A stretch of 64,000 nt of DNA from a virus. This document shows positions 36,123-44,413 of this stretch, one piece after another (position 1 is the stretch's first letter; each line of letters begins with the position of its first letter). The stretch lies in IMG/VR virus record IMGVR_UViG_3300035696_000005, positions 32,001 through 96,000 of that record; one strand, written 5' to 3'. The notes beneath the pieces were generated by a model. The model had not been told where the DNA came from and did no database searches. It saw only the letters and a program-made list of their open reading frames with translations. Made by a program: the position numbers and the translations under genes.

Positions 36123-36842
36123 ATGGCGGTAACAGATTTTTCAAACTGGGACTTCAGCAATCTGCACGTCCAACAAGAATTGACTCACGGTCAGTTCGTA
36201 TCCGCTGAAACGAGCTTGGTCGCATCCGGCCTTCCTCAAGTAGGTGGGTCAAGTGCTTACAGTGAAGTTCCTGTGGCAAGTGTGGGTACGGTCTATCCGA
36301 TCGGACTGATTGAGAACGCAGGCATTAGCCAAAGTAAGCAGATCCAAAAGATCTTCGAAGTTGGCTCTAGCCGTTCTTACTTCATCCCTGGTCGCGTGAT
36401 TGGTTCTGTGAGCCTTGGACGTATCTTCTATTATGGCCCATCACTCCTGCGCGTTTTGTATGCTTATTACTACAACACCGCAAACGGAATCAATATCGGT
36501 ACTGCAGATCAGGCGGCTACGATTACCCTAGAGGATGGCAGCCAAGCGGTTAGTCCTCTTGCCCGTCTTTTGAACGCGGGCGGAACTAGCTTTCACCAGG
36601 TTCGTATGGACCCAGGTGAAGACTACTTCTTCATTAACCTTGCCTCCGATCTCTTCAACCAAGCAACGGGTCTTGCATTCTACTTCAAGGATGCAAACTT
36701 CAACTCGGTTGGCGCTTTCTATCTTGAGTGGGTTTACATGCAAGGTCACCAGTTCTCGATTTCTTCTGGGTCCGTTCTTGTCATGGAAGGTGCTTCTGCT
36801 CAGTACGATCGTATCGTTCCGATTAAGCTTCTGAACGCTTAA
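36123..36842 (+). CDS. Tail tube protein
   Basis: After sheath; YPIGLIENAGISQSKQIQKIFEVGSSRSYFIPGR. Confidence 0.8.
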   Translation: MAVTDFSNWDFSNLHVQQELTHGQFVSAETSLVASGLPQVGGSSAYSEVPVASVGTVYPIGLIENAGISQSKQIQKIFEVGSSRSYFIPGRVIGSVSLGRIFYYGPSLLRVLYAYYYNTANGINIGTADQAATITLEDGSQAVSPLARLLNAGGTSFHQVRMDPGEDYFFINLASDLFNQATGLAFYFKDANFNSVGAFYLEWVYMQGHQFSISSGSVLVMEGASAQYDRIVPIKLLNA

Positions 36843-36852
36843 GGAGATTCAC

Positions 36853-37251
36853 GTGGCTTTTAAAAGTGGATTTGAAAAAGTCGCGGACTTCTTTAGTCAG
36901 ACAGCCCAGCTTGCAGCGAAGGCTGCGAAGCCTGCAGCATCAAAGCCAGGTGCAGCTATGAAATCCTTCAAAGCCCTGGCTGGATCTTCTCCAGACGTGA
37001 AGCGTGGTCCTGCTCTGAAGACTCCTGCTTCTAGCCACGATACGTTCATGAAGCAAACTAAAAGCCTGGCTTCAAAAGCGCCTGCCGCTAAACCTGCGGC
37101 AGCAGCTCCAGCGGCGGCAGCATCACATGCAGCCCCAGTGGTTGAAAAGCCCGCCCCAGGTAAACTTGGTCTAAGGCACGTTGTTGGGGCTGGGGTAGGC
37201 GGGGCTCTTGCCGGTCGTATGCTTAGCGGAAACAACCAGCAGCAGAGGTAA
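36853..37251 (+). CDS. Leader-bearing Ala/Lys-rich protein with C-terminal Gly zipper
   Basis: MAFKSGFEKVA; VVGAGVGGALAG. Confidence 0.75.
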   Translation: MAFKSGFEKVADFFSQTAQLAAKAAKPAASKPGAAMKSFKALAGSSPDVKRGPALKTPASSHDTFMKQTKSLASKAPAAKPAAAAPAAAASHAAPVVEKPAPGKLGLRHVVGAGVGGALAGRMLSGNNQQQR

Positions 37252-37254
37252 TTC

Positions 37255-37653
37255 ATGGCATTCGCAAAGGGGATTCAAAAATTAGCCGAGAAAAAACCCA
37301 GTGTTGAAACAATGAAACACAAGGGTGGACCCATCAAGACAGAAGGCAAAAAGCACCCGAAAGAAACAGGGCTCATGGAAGATGAGGGTGTGACCAAGCC
37401 CCGTGAAGTGAAGTCTCTTGCGGATCGTCTTAGAGCAAAAGATTCCAGCATGGATGACGAAAAGGCTTACCGCATTGCCTGGGATATTTACGAAAAGCAC
37501 ACTTCTGAGGGTAAGAAATACAAACCCATCCACGGGAAGCACCATAAGCCGTCAGACATTGAAGGCGAAAGGAAAAAGAAAAGTCCTTTTCATCCTCATG
37601 TTAAAGTAGGGTTTATCCATGGGCTTCAGCGCAGGCTTTCAAAAGATAGCTAA
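37255..37653 (+). CDS. Leader-bearing Lys/His-rich protein
   Basis: MAFAKGIQKLA. Confidence 0.7.
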   Translation: MAFAKGIQKLAEKKPSVETMKHKGGPIKTEGKKHPKETGLMEDEGVTKPREVKSLADRLRAKDSSMDDEKAYRIAWDIYEKHTSEGKKYKPIHGKHHKPSDIEGERKKKSPFHPHVKVGFIHGLQRRLSKDS

Positions 37654-38059
37654 CGAACATCACCACGCAGGAATGCTATCGCTCATGGTGCATCCTGGAG
37701 CGTCTGCAGTCTATTCCCACATGAAGGCTCCCAAGCACAAACAAAAGGAGCCAGAGAAGAATTACCTTAAGCACAGGCTTCATACGATGAAGGGTTGGGC
37801 TATTGGAGGCGCTGCGGGCGGCACTGCCGGAGCGGGGCTCGGACATGCCGCTGAAAGAGCCTACGCTCATGCCAGAGGAAAGCCAAAAATTAAGCTTAGG
37901 ATTCGGCTTCCAAAAACTCTGGCTAAGTCTATGGGTGAAAAGTCTGTACCGTTCTTTCTTGTTCCTGCCGCTATGGGCTCAATCGTCGGCAGCAACATAG
38001 GTCAGTACTACGGCTCAAGAAAAGGACACGAAGAAGTTACGGGGAGGAAAGCGAGATGA
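37619..38059 (+). CDS. Leader-bearing Gly-zipper protein
   Basis: MGFSAGFQKIA; GWAIGGAAGGTAGAGLG; AMGSIVGSNIG. Confidence 0.75.
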   Translation: MGFSAGFQKIANEHHHAGMLSLMVHPGASAVYSHMKAPKHKQKEPEKNYLKHRLHTMKGWAIGGAAGGTAGAGLGHAAERAYAHARGKPKIKLRIRLPKTLAKSMGEKSVPFFLVPAAMGSIVGSNIGQYYGSRKGHEEVTGRKAR

Positions 38060-38952
38060 GTTTTTCTCTGGGCTTCCTAAAAAAAGCCGACTCAGAAGAA
38101 GAGCATCCCGCAAGAAAAGCCTTTGGCATCGGCACTGGTTTGGGCGCTGCTGCCAATATCGCACACAATACTTACCTTGATCGAAAAGAAAAAAGAGTTC
38201 CACACGCTAGAACTGTCCACAAGTTTAGACGGAATCTAAAGCCTGGTGACATCATTCTGAGTGGTTCTACAGCAAGACACGCTGACGGGATCGCAGGAGA
38301 GGATCTCCCAAAGGTAGTTCAAAAACTACTCACTCGGTATAAGATCCCGTTAGATAAGACTCTCATCAATAACAGCACACTTCTTACCTCTGTAGGTGCT
38401 GGAGGCAAGTATCATGCTTCAGTTTATCTCGGTAAGAACAGGGTTGGCGAAATGTCCACAGACATGGGAGCGACTACAAGCTCTCTGAAAGAGCTTCTTG
38501 AGGGACAGAACGCAACTGCTTATCGCTTTACGGGCGCTGGGAAACGAGAGACCGGAAGCGCTGTGAGCTTTGCTAAACGCATGGCTAAAAAACATCACCC
38601 TTACAAGAGCGAACTCGGATCTGCGGCCATTGCCCTTGGAAACATAGCAACTCCTTTTGGATCTAAAGTATGCAGGAAAACTAAGAGCGGCATGGTTTGC
38701 AGTACCCTTCCTATACGTGCTTATCATAAGCGTCAATTTCCTAAAGGCGAGTGGACTTATCCCGGTGACATCAGAAAAGCAAAAGGACTGCATCCTGTTG
38801 TCAGGCGAGAATCCGTTAAGCTTCCGTTTGTATTACGTGCTAGAACCACTGCTGGGCAGGCTCTTAAAGGCGTTAAGTGGGGGCTGGGGGCTGCGGGGTT
38901 AGCAGCCGCTCACCACTATCTCAAGAATCGTCTGAAGCCTTCTGAGCGGTAA
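38056..38952 (+). CDS. Permuted NlpC/P60 (YiiX/YebB-like) cysteine hydrolase with leader
   Basis: MSFSLGFLKKA; LKPGDIIL, YHASVYLG (His), PY, VCSTL (Cys), YPGDI. Confidence 0.8.
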   Translation: MSFSLGFLKKADSEEEHPARKAFGIGTGLGAAANIAHNTYLDRKEKRVPHARTVHKFRRNLKPGDIILSGSTARHADGIAGEDLPKVVQKLLTRYKIPLDKTLINNSTLLTSVGAGGKYHASVYLGKNRVGEMSTDMGATTSSLKELLEGQNATAYRFTGAGKRETGSAVSFAKRMAKKHHPYKSELGSAAIALGNIATPFGSKVCRKTKSGMVCSTLPIRAYHKRQFPKGEWTYPGDIRKAKGLHPVVRRESVKLPFVLRARTTAGQALKGVKWGLGAAGLAAAHHYLKNRLKPSER

Positions 38953-39688
38953 GATTACCGATCTGTCTTTTGGCATTCTCCCTAATGAAGCGTTCCTTAT
39001 CTAGGTGCTTTTCTTTTCTGTCTGAATCGTAGACGCAAGTTCCCTGTGGGATAAAGAGCATTGGGATGGGCTCTTCCATGTTGAGATAATTATTATCGTA
39101 GCCGTAGATCCAAATCTTCTGCTGCATATAAACGGGAAGGGCTTTAAGCCCTTCGGAATAAGAGTGCAAGATGATCTCAGCTGGCATCCCGTGGCGGTGG
39201 AGGAACTCGTCGTTTACCGGTGTTTCTCCTGAGATAAAGATTTCAGATTCATCTAGGCTGAGTCCGTAGCTAGGTTGGATAGATAAGTGGTTTCTAATGA
39301 ATGTCACAGTTTCAGTAAGGTGTTCCTCATTGATTGTGATCTTGGTGGATGCTCTCATCTCAAAATGATTCTTTAGCTTCTTTACCAAACCAGATTCAGA
39401 GAGCCTCTTTTCCACTTGGCTTAAGAGATCGGACGGTGCTACAAGGTAAGGCTTTTTACTACTTCGCAGCGCAACTTCTTCCAAGCCAGCTACTTCGCTG
39501 GAAAGTGAGTTGAGAGGAATCCACATATCAATCTGATCGATACTCAGATTGATTGTCTCAAGCTTTGCGGGGATATTGAACCCGCAACCAATAATGACGT
39601 TACTATTCTCGGATTGAACCAAGAAAGATGAGGTGACAAGAGGGTGTCTGCAGTAGGGACTGCCAGTCCCAATAGCCCTAATCTTCAT
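38921..39688 (-). CDS. Metallo-beta-lactamase-fold protein (Apyc1/RNase Z-like) with lost metal ligands
   Basis: MKIRAIGTGS, VIIGCG, IDQIDMWI, VAGLEEVA, LKALP..QQKIWIYGY; HxHxDH replaced by LNSLSSEV. Confidence 0.75.
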   Translation of the reverse strand: MKIRAIGTGSPYCRHPLVTSSFLVQSENSNVIIGCGFNIPAKLETINLSIDQIDMWIPLNSLSSEVAGLEEVALRSSKKPYLVAPSDLLSQVEKRLSESGLVKKLKNHFEMRASTKITINEEHLTETVTFIRNHLSIQPSYGLSLDESEIFISGETPVNDEFLHRHGMPAEIILHSYSEGLKALPVYMQQKIWIYGYDNNYLNMEEPIPMLFIPQGTCVYDSDRKEKHLDKERFIRENAKRQIGNLTAQKASDDS

Positions 39689-39906
39689 GATTCCTTATGA
39701 CAGCCTTCTTTTGGATGAGCGCTGATTCGAACCCATCCCCAGATATTGTACTCCCAGTCTGTTCGCTCATATCGCTCGACAACGTAAATCTTTTCAAGCC
39801 ATCTAACCATTCCGTCTGAGCATTTTGTAGGCAGCCACGCAACTGCAGCTCTGCCCCTGGTTTGCCCTTCCTTTGGACGACTGCTTTCTTTATATCTCCA
39901 CTTCAC
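39685..39906 (-). CDS. Hypothetical protein
   Basis: Trp-rich; ATGA coupled. Confidence 0.6.
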   Translation of the reverse strand: MKWRYKESSRPKEGQTRGRAAVAWLPTKCSDGMVRWLEKIYVVERYERTDWEYNIWGWVRISAHPKEGCHKES

Positions 39907-40415
39907 GACCGCACCTCCATGATCACCTTCTCAACACCTTGAAAAAGGGCTGGGATGCCCTCCTCTTCGAGCTTCTTGATATCGAGCGCCCAAGCCTGCT
40001 CCCAATCTTTAATGACAGCTGATATCACTTTCATCTGCCAATCTTTTCTGGGTAAGAACAGGTCGACTTGAACCGTTTGAGGCACGTAATCATGAAGAAT
40101 CTTTACGAGTTCCCAAAGGGCTCGCTCTACATCTGCCTGCGACTTGAGATTCTTTTGCGGATGGGTTGGCGTGATGTGGATAGCGTAGTTGGCTTGATAG
40201 GTCCCGTACTCAACACAGAGAACTTTGTTCTCCACCTTCCTCATAGCAGCATCAGCTTCGACCTTCTGCTCATCAAGATCCTTAAGAGGAGCCTCTTGAA
40301 TGATTCCTGCTGCCTGAAGAGTGCTAAAAAAAGAATCCGCATGCTCCTGAGAAGAAAGTGAATATTCCTCAGATTGATTGTCTGCTTCAAAGAAAAACTT
40401 AGGTTTGTCGGTCAT
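39903..40415 (-). CDS. Hypothetical protein
   Basis: ATG 40415 after GGGAG. Confidence 0.7.
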   Translation of the reverse strand: MTDKPKFFFEADNQSEEYSLSSQEHADSFFSTLQAAGIIQEAPLKDLDEQKVEADAAMRKVENKVLCVEYGTYQANYAIHITPTHPQKNLKSQADVERALWELVKILHDYVPQTVQVDLFLPRKDWQMKVISAVIKDWEQAWALDIKKLEEEGIPALFQGVEKVIMEVRS

Positions 40416-40866
40416 CGATACATCTCCCAAAAAAATCGGTTACAACCCAGCCACTCGACTGTCTAGTAAATCCGGTAGTGCTTCTTAGAAATTTCACCTG
40501 CTGAAGAGTGATGTTGGTATCAGGAATATTGTCGATCATGCCCCACTTACTGAACGGAACAGCGACAGCGATATCTGGAAATCCAATTAGGACAATGCTA
40601 TGTCCGCCTGATTTCTGGACCTTGTAAAGGAACTCTGCTTGAATTGGGGTGAGCTCGTGAGCAAGAACTTTAGAGGAATCTCTTACTGGAGGAGCCTTAA
40701 CGAACTTAGCTTCAACAGCGTAGAACTTACCTTCATAGACAGCACTGAAGTCGGGGAGTCCGCAACGGAACATATCGTTGTTAGTCCAGATCGTTGCGCG
40801 CTCACCATAACATCTAGAGAGGGCTTTTTTGAATTCCCTTTTGAAGTCGCTTTCATTTGTCGCCAT
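40399..40866 (-). CDS. PD-(D/E)XK nuclease, Holliday-junction resolvase/VRR-NUC-like
   Basis: ESDFKREF..GLPDF..YAVEAK..LTPIQ. Confidence 0.75.
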   Translation of the reverse strand: MATNESDFKREFKKALSRCYGERATIWTNNDMFRCGLPDFSAVYEGKFYAVEAKFVKAPPVRDSSKVLAHELTPIQAEFLYKVQKSGGHSIVLIGFPDIAVAVPFSKWGMIDNIPDTNITLQQVKFLRSTTGFTRQSSGWVVTDFFGRCIDDRQT

Positions 40867-40993
40867 CGTCTTCATCCTGATTTTTACTCGGTCCAAAAAT
40901 GAGGTAATCAAGAGCCACGATTACTAACCCGACCAGACACAAATTGCAGACCAGATCAGCAATCTGTCCAACCTGGCTAGCCTGATCATCCAC
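40853..40993 (-). CDS. 46-aa membrane peptide (not in ORF track)
   Basis: GTG start; IADLVCNLCLVGLVIVALDYLIFG then acidic tail. Confidence 0.45.
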   Translation of the reverse strand: MDDQASQVGQIADLVCNLCLVGLVIVALDYLIFGPSKNQDEDDGDK

Positions 40994-40996
40994 AAA

Positions 40997-41308
40997 TTAC
41001 TCCTTCTCGATGTAGTAGGCTCTCACTCTAACTTTCTCGATACCACTGACGTCATCCACCCGAAGATAACCATGAACGATCACGCGGTCTCCACGCTGAA
41101 CATCCTTCATGCACTTATCCACGTTCTTACCCAAAGCTTCGATAGTTAAAAAATTGTCGTGCTGGGCAGGACGCCCATCGGCAAGGTGATACTTCTCAAC
41201 AACTTTCATGTCGAAAAGGCAGATTCGTTTATTGTTTCGAGTGGTCACAACCGTTGGGTTGTTATCAATAGTACCGCTGATGATCGCAATATTCGTGTCA
41301 CGAGCCAT
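40997..41308 (-). CDS. ssb: Single-stranded DNA-binding protein (OB fold, no acidic tail)
   Basis: NIAIISGTIDNNP..RGDRVIVHGYL. Confidence 0.8.
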   Translation of the reverse strand: MARDTNIAIISGTIDNNPTVVTTRNNKRICLFDMKVVEKYHLADGRPAQHDNFLTIEALGKNVDKCMKDVQRGDRVIVHGYLRVDDVSGIEKVRVRAYYIEKE

Positions 41309-41355
41309 AGGTTGTGGATCTCCGGGAGGGGATGAGCCCCCTCCCGGATAGTCTA

Positions 41356-42699
41356 TTACTGAATGTGCCGATGCGTCAACATCATCGTACGGCGCTTGGT
41401 CAGCTCATAGGCAAGCGCCCTGCTACCGATGTGATGAGGACAGTCTGTGGCTGGACAGATCGCTCTCGGGCACTTGGTCTCATTAGGCTTCCTATGATTG
41501 ACTGCGGCATACATGCACTTCTGGCATACAAACGCATTGAAGGGTGGATGAGCTGCAAGATATGCACTGCAGTCGCCCCTCCAATCGTGCCCGTGAAAGT
41601 CAGTGTCTTCCACAGGCACTGGCTGACCACACGAACAATCAGGATGAAAGAGCGCCTGAGCGTTTACATACTTCGTACAATGAAGCGTGGTCTTACAACT
41701 CTCACATGTTCCTGGAGGATTGTTCTCCTCCACGATCAGATGCTCTCGTGTGTAGATATCCCAACCATCCACGATCACTTCTCCGCCACTCTCTGGGATA
41801 ACTACCATCTTTTGAGTTTTCTCATCCCACCTAAGAAGCTTCATATAGACGGGATGATACTCAGACAAGAAGCGAAGTGAATAGGGGCTCTTAAACCACA
41901 TCAGAGCCGAAAGCGTTACTGCACACCAGAAAAGCGAGTCCAGCTGCCTTGCTGAATCGAGATTGAAGATCTCTTCATCAGTTAGGACATGACTACTTTC
42001 AAGCGAGCAATAATACGTGAAAAGCCATTGCTCCATCTCTGCCATCAGAGCACCATAGTCACCGTAGAGGATTGTAGACATCTTTTCCATAATGTCGCTT
42101 AAGGTGATCGGCTCTCTTTTGGTGCTATGAAGAACGGTCTGCCCAGCTAAAACCGCTTTGATACTGGGATGACCTAAGAACTCGCAACAGGCTTTATAGT
42201 GCGGAAAATCGTAGCTTCGACTCACGCCGAAGCATTCCAAATTACTTGGAGAAAGAACTGCACCATCTTTCTTGAATCGATAAGTAAACTTCAGTTGATT
42301 GCAAGACTGCTGCACAGCGGACCCGAAGAGAAGAAAGTAAAACTCGCCGAAGTCTAGCCACCTCATCACCCGAAATAAAACCTCTTCGATGGACGAGTAC
42401 TTGGAAGGAACGACCCCAAAAGACTTCACAGCATCCTGAACATAGATCAATAACCCTTTAGGAAGGGGTGCTGATTCCAGAGGACCTGCGATGCTCTTTT
42501 CAATGACGGAGTCTAGATAGGGAGAGGAGTCGCTGATAAACCTCTCCCCGGGCTTATGAAGCTCAGAATCATCCACACGCCAGAGCTTCTGCGTGTAGTT
42601 GGCTGGCTTTTGAGAGCTACTGAAGTAATCTCTCTTTTCTTGGATCTGCTGTGCAAACATGAGGAACTCCTTAAACGGCAAAACTGAACAGTCGATCAA
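41356..42699 (-). CDS. Hypothetical 447-aa protein with Cys-rich C-terminus
   Basis: Long ORF; more than 10 Cys/His in last 110 aa. Confidence 0.75.
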   Translation of the reverse strand: MIDCSVLPFKEFLMFAQQIQEKRDYFSSSQKPANYTQKLWRVDDSELHKPGERFISDSSPYLDSVIEKSIAGPLESAPLPKGLLIYVQDAVKSFGVVPSKYSSIEEVLFRVMRWLDFGEFYFLLFGSAVQQSCNQLKFTYRFKKDGAVLSPSNLECFGVSRSYDFPHYKACCEFLGHPSIKAVLAGQTVLHSTKREPITLSDIMEKMSTILYGDYGALMAEMEQWLFTYYCSLESSHVLTDEEIFNLDSARQLDSLFWCAVTLSALMWFKSPYSLRFLSEYHPVYMKLLRWDEKTQKMVVIPESGGEVIVDGWDIYTREHLIVEENNPPGTCESCKTTLHCTKYVNAQALFHPDCSCGQPVPVEDTDFHGHDWRGDCSAYLAAHPPFNAFVCQKCMYAAVNHRKPNETKCPRAICPATDCPHHIGSRALAYELTKRRTMMLTHRHIQ

Positions 42700-42961
42700 T
42701 GAAGGACTTCTCCCTCACTGTCTGTGCCAGTTCAATCTCGTCTTCTTCAAAGGGATCACGAACCGAATCGCAAGCGGTGCAGTTATGAAAATATTCACCA
42801 GCGCCTTGGTGGTATGCCTTCATGGGCATCTCACACCTCGGACAAAGGCGAACCTTCAAAAGTCCCACCTGCGTTGTCGGGTTACTCCGTTCGCTAGCGT
42901 TATCGATCGGGGTAAGCGTACTTCCAGTACTGCTGACGGTATTCGTGTTCGTTGTTGACAT
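42671..42961 (-). CDS. Zn-ribbon protein
   Basis: CPRC..CTAC; SD GAGGAGG. Confidence 0.7.
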   Translation of the reverse strand: MSTTNTNTVSSTGSTLTPIDNASERSNPTTQVGLLKVRLCPRCEMPMKAYHQGAGEYFHNCTACDSVRDPFEEDEIELAQTVREKSFIDRLFSFAV

Positions 42962-42983
42962 TGTTAATGTCCTCCTCGAACAC

Positions 42984-43012
42984 CTTATACCTAATTTAAG
43001 GGTAATTTTGCT
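42984..43012 (-). promoter_or_regulatory. Phage promoter with palindromic spacer
   Basis: AGCAAA-AT-TACCC-N7-AGG-TATAAG. Confidence 0.6.
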
Positions 43013-43017
43013 TTAGC

Positions 43018-43494
43018 TTAGCCGGAAGCTTTGTCGACCATCTTCCGCTTCTTTACACCAGCAGGAAGCTTCTCTTCAACGGCGACGGCTACCGGTGCGG
43101 CTTCGACTTTAGGAGCGTGTGTCTGCGGATTGCCGGAAATAGGCTGGATCTCACAATCAACAATCGCAATATCCGGGGCACCATGCTCATCTTTGGAGCT
43201 CTTGTAATGCACCTTGAAGGAATGGTTTTTAGCCACATGGAACTTATCGGTCGCTACGTCGGTGTAGCCAACATTAGCCGTGCCGGTAATCCAAGCTTCA
43301 TAGCTATCAGGGGTACCTTGGTGTGAGGAGAATGACCCAACCTTAATGGACTTCTTCAGCACCCAGAAGATCTTTTCTTTGGTATTGGTTGCCTTAACTG
43401 CGCGCTCAACAGCAAACGGTGCGGCCTCCTCTGCCGTGTAAAGAATCGGAGTTCCTCTTTGCGGTCCTTTTTTAATTACGTTTTTGATCAGCAT
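43018..43494 (-). CDS. Hypothetical protein
   Basis: SD AAGGAG; highly-expressed-type codons. Confidence 0.75.
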   Translation of the reverse strand: MLIKNVIKKGPQRGTPILYTAEEAAPFAVERAVKATNTKEKIFWVLKKSIKVGSFSSHQGTPDSYEAWITGTANVGYTDVATDKFHVAKNHSFKVHYKSSKDEHGAPDIAIVDCEIQPISGNPQTHAPKVEAAPVAVAVEEKLPAGVKKRKMVDKASG

Positions 43495-43504
43495 TTCATT
43501 CTCC

Positions 43505-43921
43505 TTATTTGGGACTGAACTTATTGGACTTCTTGAGTTCTTCTTTCATGGCTTTGGTTCTAACTTCAGAGGCTGACTTTTCTTTAGCGTCTACATGTCT
43601 TTGGTAATCTTTGGTATAGACTGACTTCGCCTTATCGTTTCCCATCTTCTGAAGATCTTTGGTTGTCCTATTTCCAACGGTATGCTCATGCTGCTCACGG
43701 GTAGCTGAGCGGTGAAACTTCTTACCGTCGCCAAGGTCGTATTTGAATCCAACGCGACCGTTCTGATCGTACTTAATTTTGAAATAGCCCGGAAGAGCGA
43801 CACGGTACTCAGCCTTACCGCCGCAGCAAGGGCAGGGCACTTCTTTAGGCTTCTCGCTATATTTGAAGATGTGCTCAACTAGCTCGTCACAAGTTGTGCA
43901 GACGAATTCATATAGAGGCAT
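43505..43921 (-). CDS. FmdB-family Zn-ribbon protein
   Basis: MPLYEFVCTTC..CPCCGG. Confidence 0.8.
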   Translation of the reverse strand: MPLYEFVCTTCDELVEHIFKYSEKPKEVPCPCCGGKAEYRVALPGYFKIKYDQNGRVGFKYDLGDGKKFHRSATREQHEHTVGNRTTKDLQKMGNDKAKSVYTKDYQRHVDAKEKSASEVRTKAMKEELKKSNKFSPK

Positions 43922-44114
43922 GGATCTTGTTCCCAATATCAGGAAGAATCAGATTGCCAGGAGCTTTGGCAATTAATTTCACCTGCTCAAGCAGGTAGCC
44001 ATGAGGAAGCGTGGTGGTCTTAAGGATTTCAGCCGCATCTGTAGCAACCACGTACCAAAATAGATTTTCATCGTGTGGGTCTTTTGGGGTGAGGACGAGT
44101 TCGTAAAGGCGCAT
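43908..44114 (-). CDS. Hypothetical protein
   Basis: SD TAGGAG. Confidence 0.6.
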   Translation of the reverse strand: MRLYELVLTPKDPHDENLFWYVVATDAAEILKTTTLPHGYLLEQVKLIAKAPGNLILPDIGNKIHASI

Positions 44115-44168
44115 TGTGAATCTCCTAGGAAAATCCTACCCGAAATACACCCATGATACAATAGAGTT

Positions 44169-44408
44169 ATGGCCGAATCTTATGGACCGATCGCGCATCA
44201 GAGGATCAATCAGGATACCTCTATTAAGTTAGCGAACGGTGAGTCTAAAACACTCAGGCAAGGCACCTTTGTCAAAGCTATCCATAAAAGATACATGCCA
44301 GTTAACCATCCCCTTGAAGAGTATGACGACAGCTTTTACGTGGCTGTCTTTTCACCTTATGGACTCGGGCTTGTGGTTCGCTATGCAGTGGATTGGAACG
44401 TATTCTGA
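44169..44408 (+). CDS. Hypothetical protein (isolated + strand gene)
   Basis: TACAAT box 7 nt before ATG. Confidence 0.55.
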   Translation: MAESYGPIAHQRINQDTSIKLANGESKTLRQGTFVKAIHKRYMPVNHPLEEYDDSFYVAVFSPYGLGLVVRYAVDWNVF

Positions 44409-44413
44409 TATCT

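Noticed and set aside
27100-36842. Encapsulin or extracellular contractile injection system interpretation
   Set aside because: Terminase, prohead protease, neck proteins, DNA polymerase and endolysin indicate a true phage.
37600-37653. Leader-like FIHGLQRRL at the C-terminus of the 37255 protein
   Set aside because: Lacks K-x-A and overlaps the true leader of 37619 in another frame; probably a by-product or duplication remnant.
39565-39735. tRNA T-arm-like strings (GCGGGTTCAATATCCCCGC; GGGTTCGAATC) on the - strand
   Set aside because: Both lie inside coding frames and lack acceptor, D and anticodon arms; no tRNA gene was found in the window.
41314-41880. 188-aa + strand ORF and similar long antisense ORFs (e.g. 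24933-25631, 27496-28086, 35000-35635, 56973-57674)
   Set aside because: Shadows of well-supported genes on the other strand; no SD or motifs.
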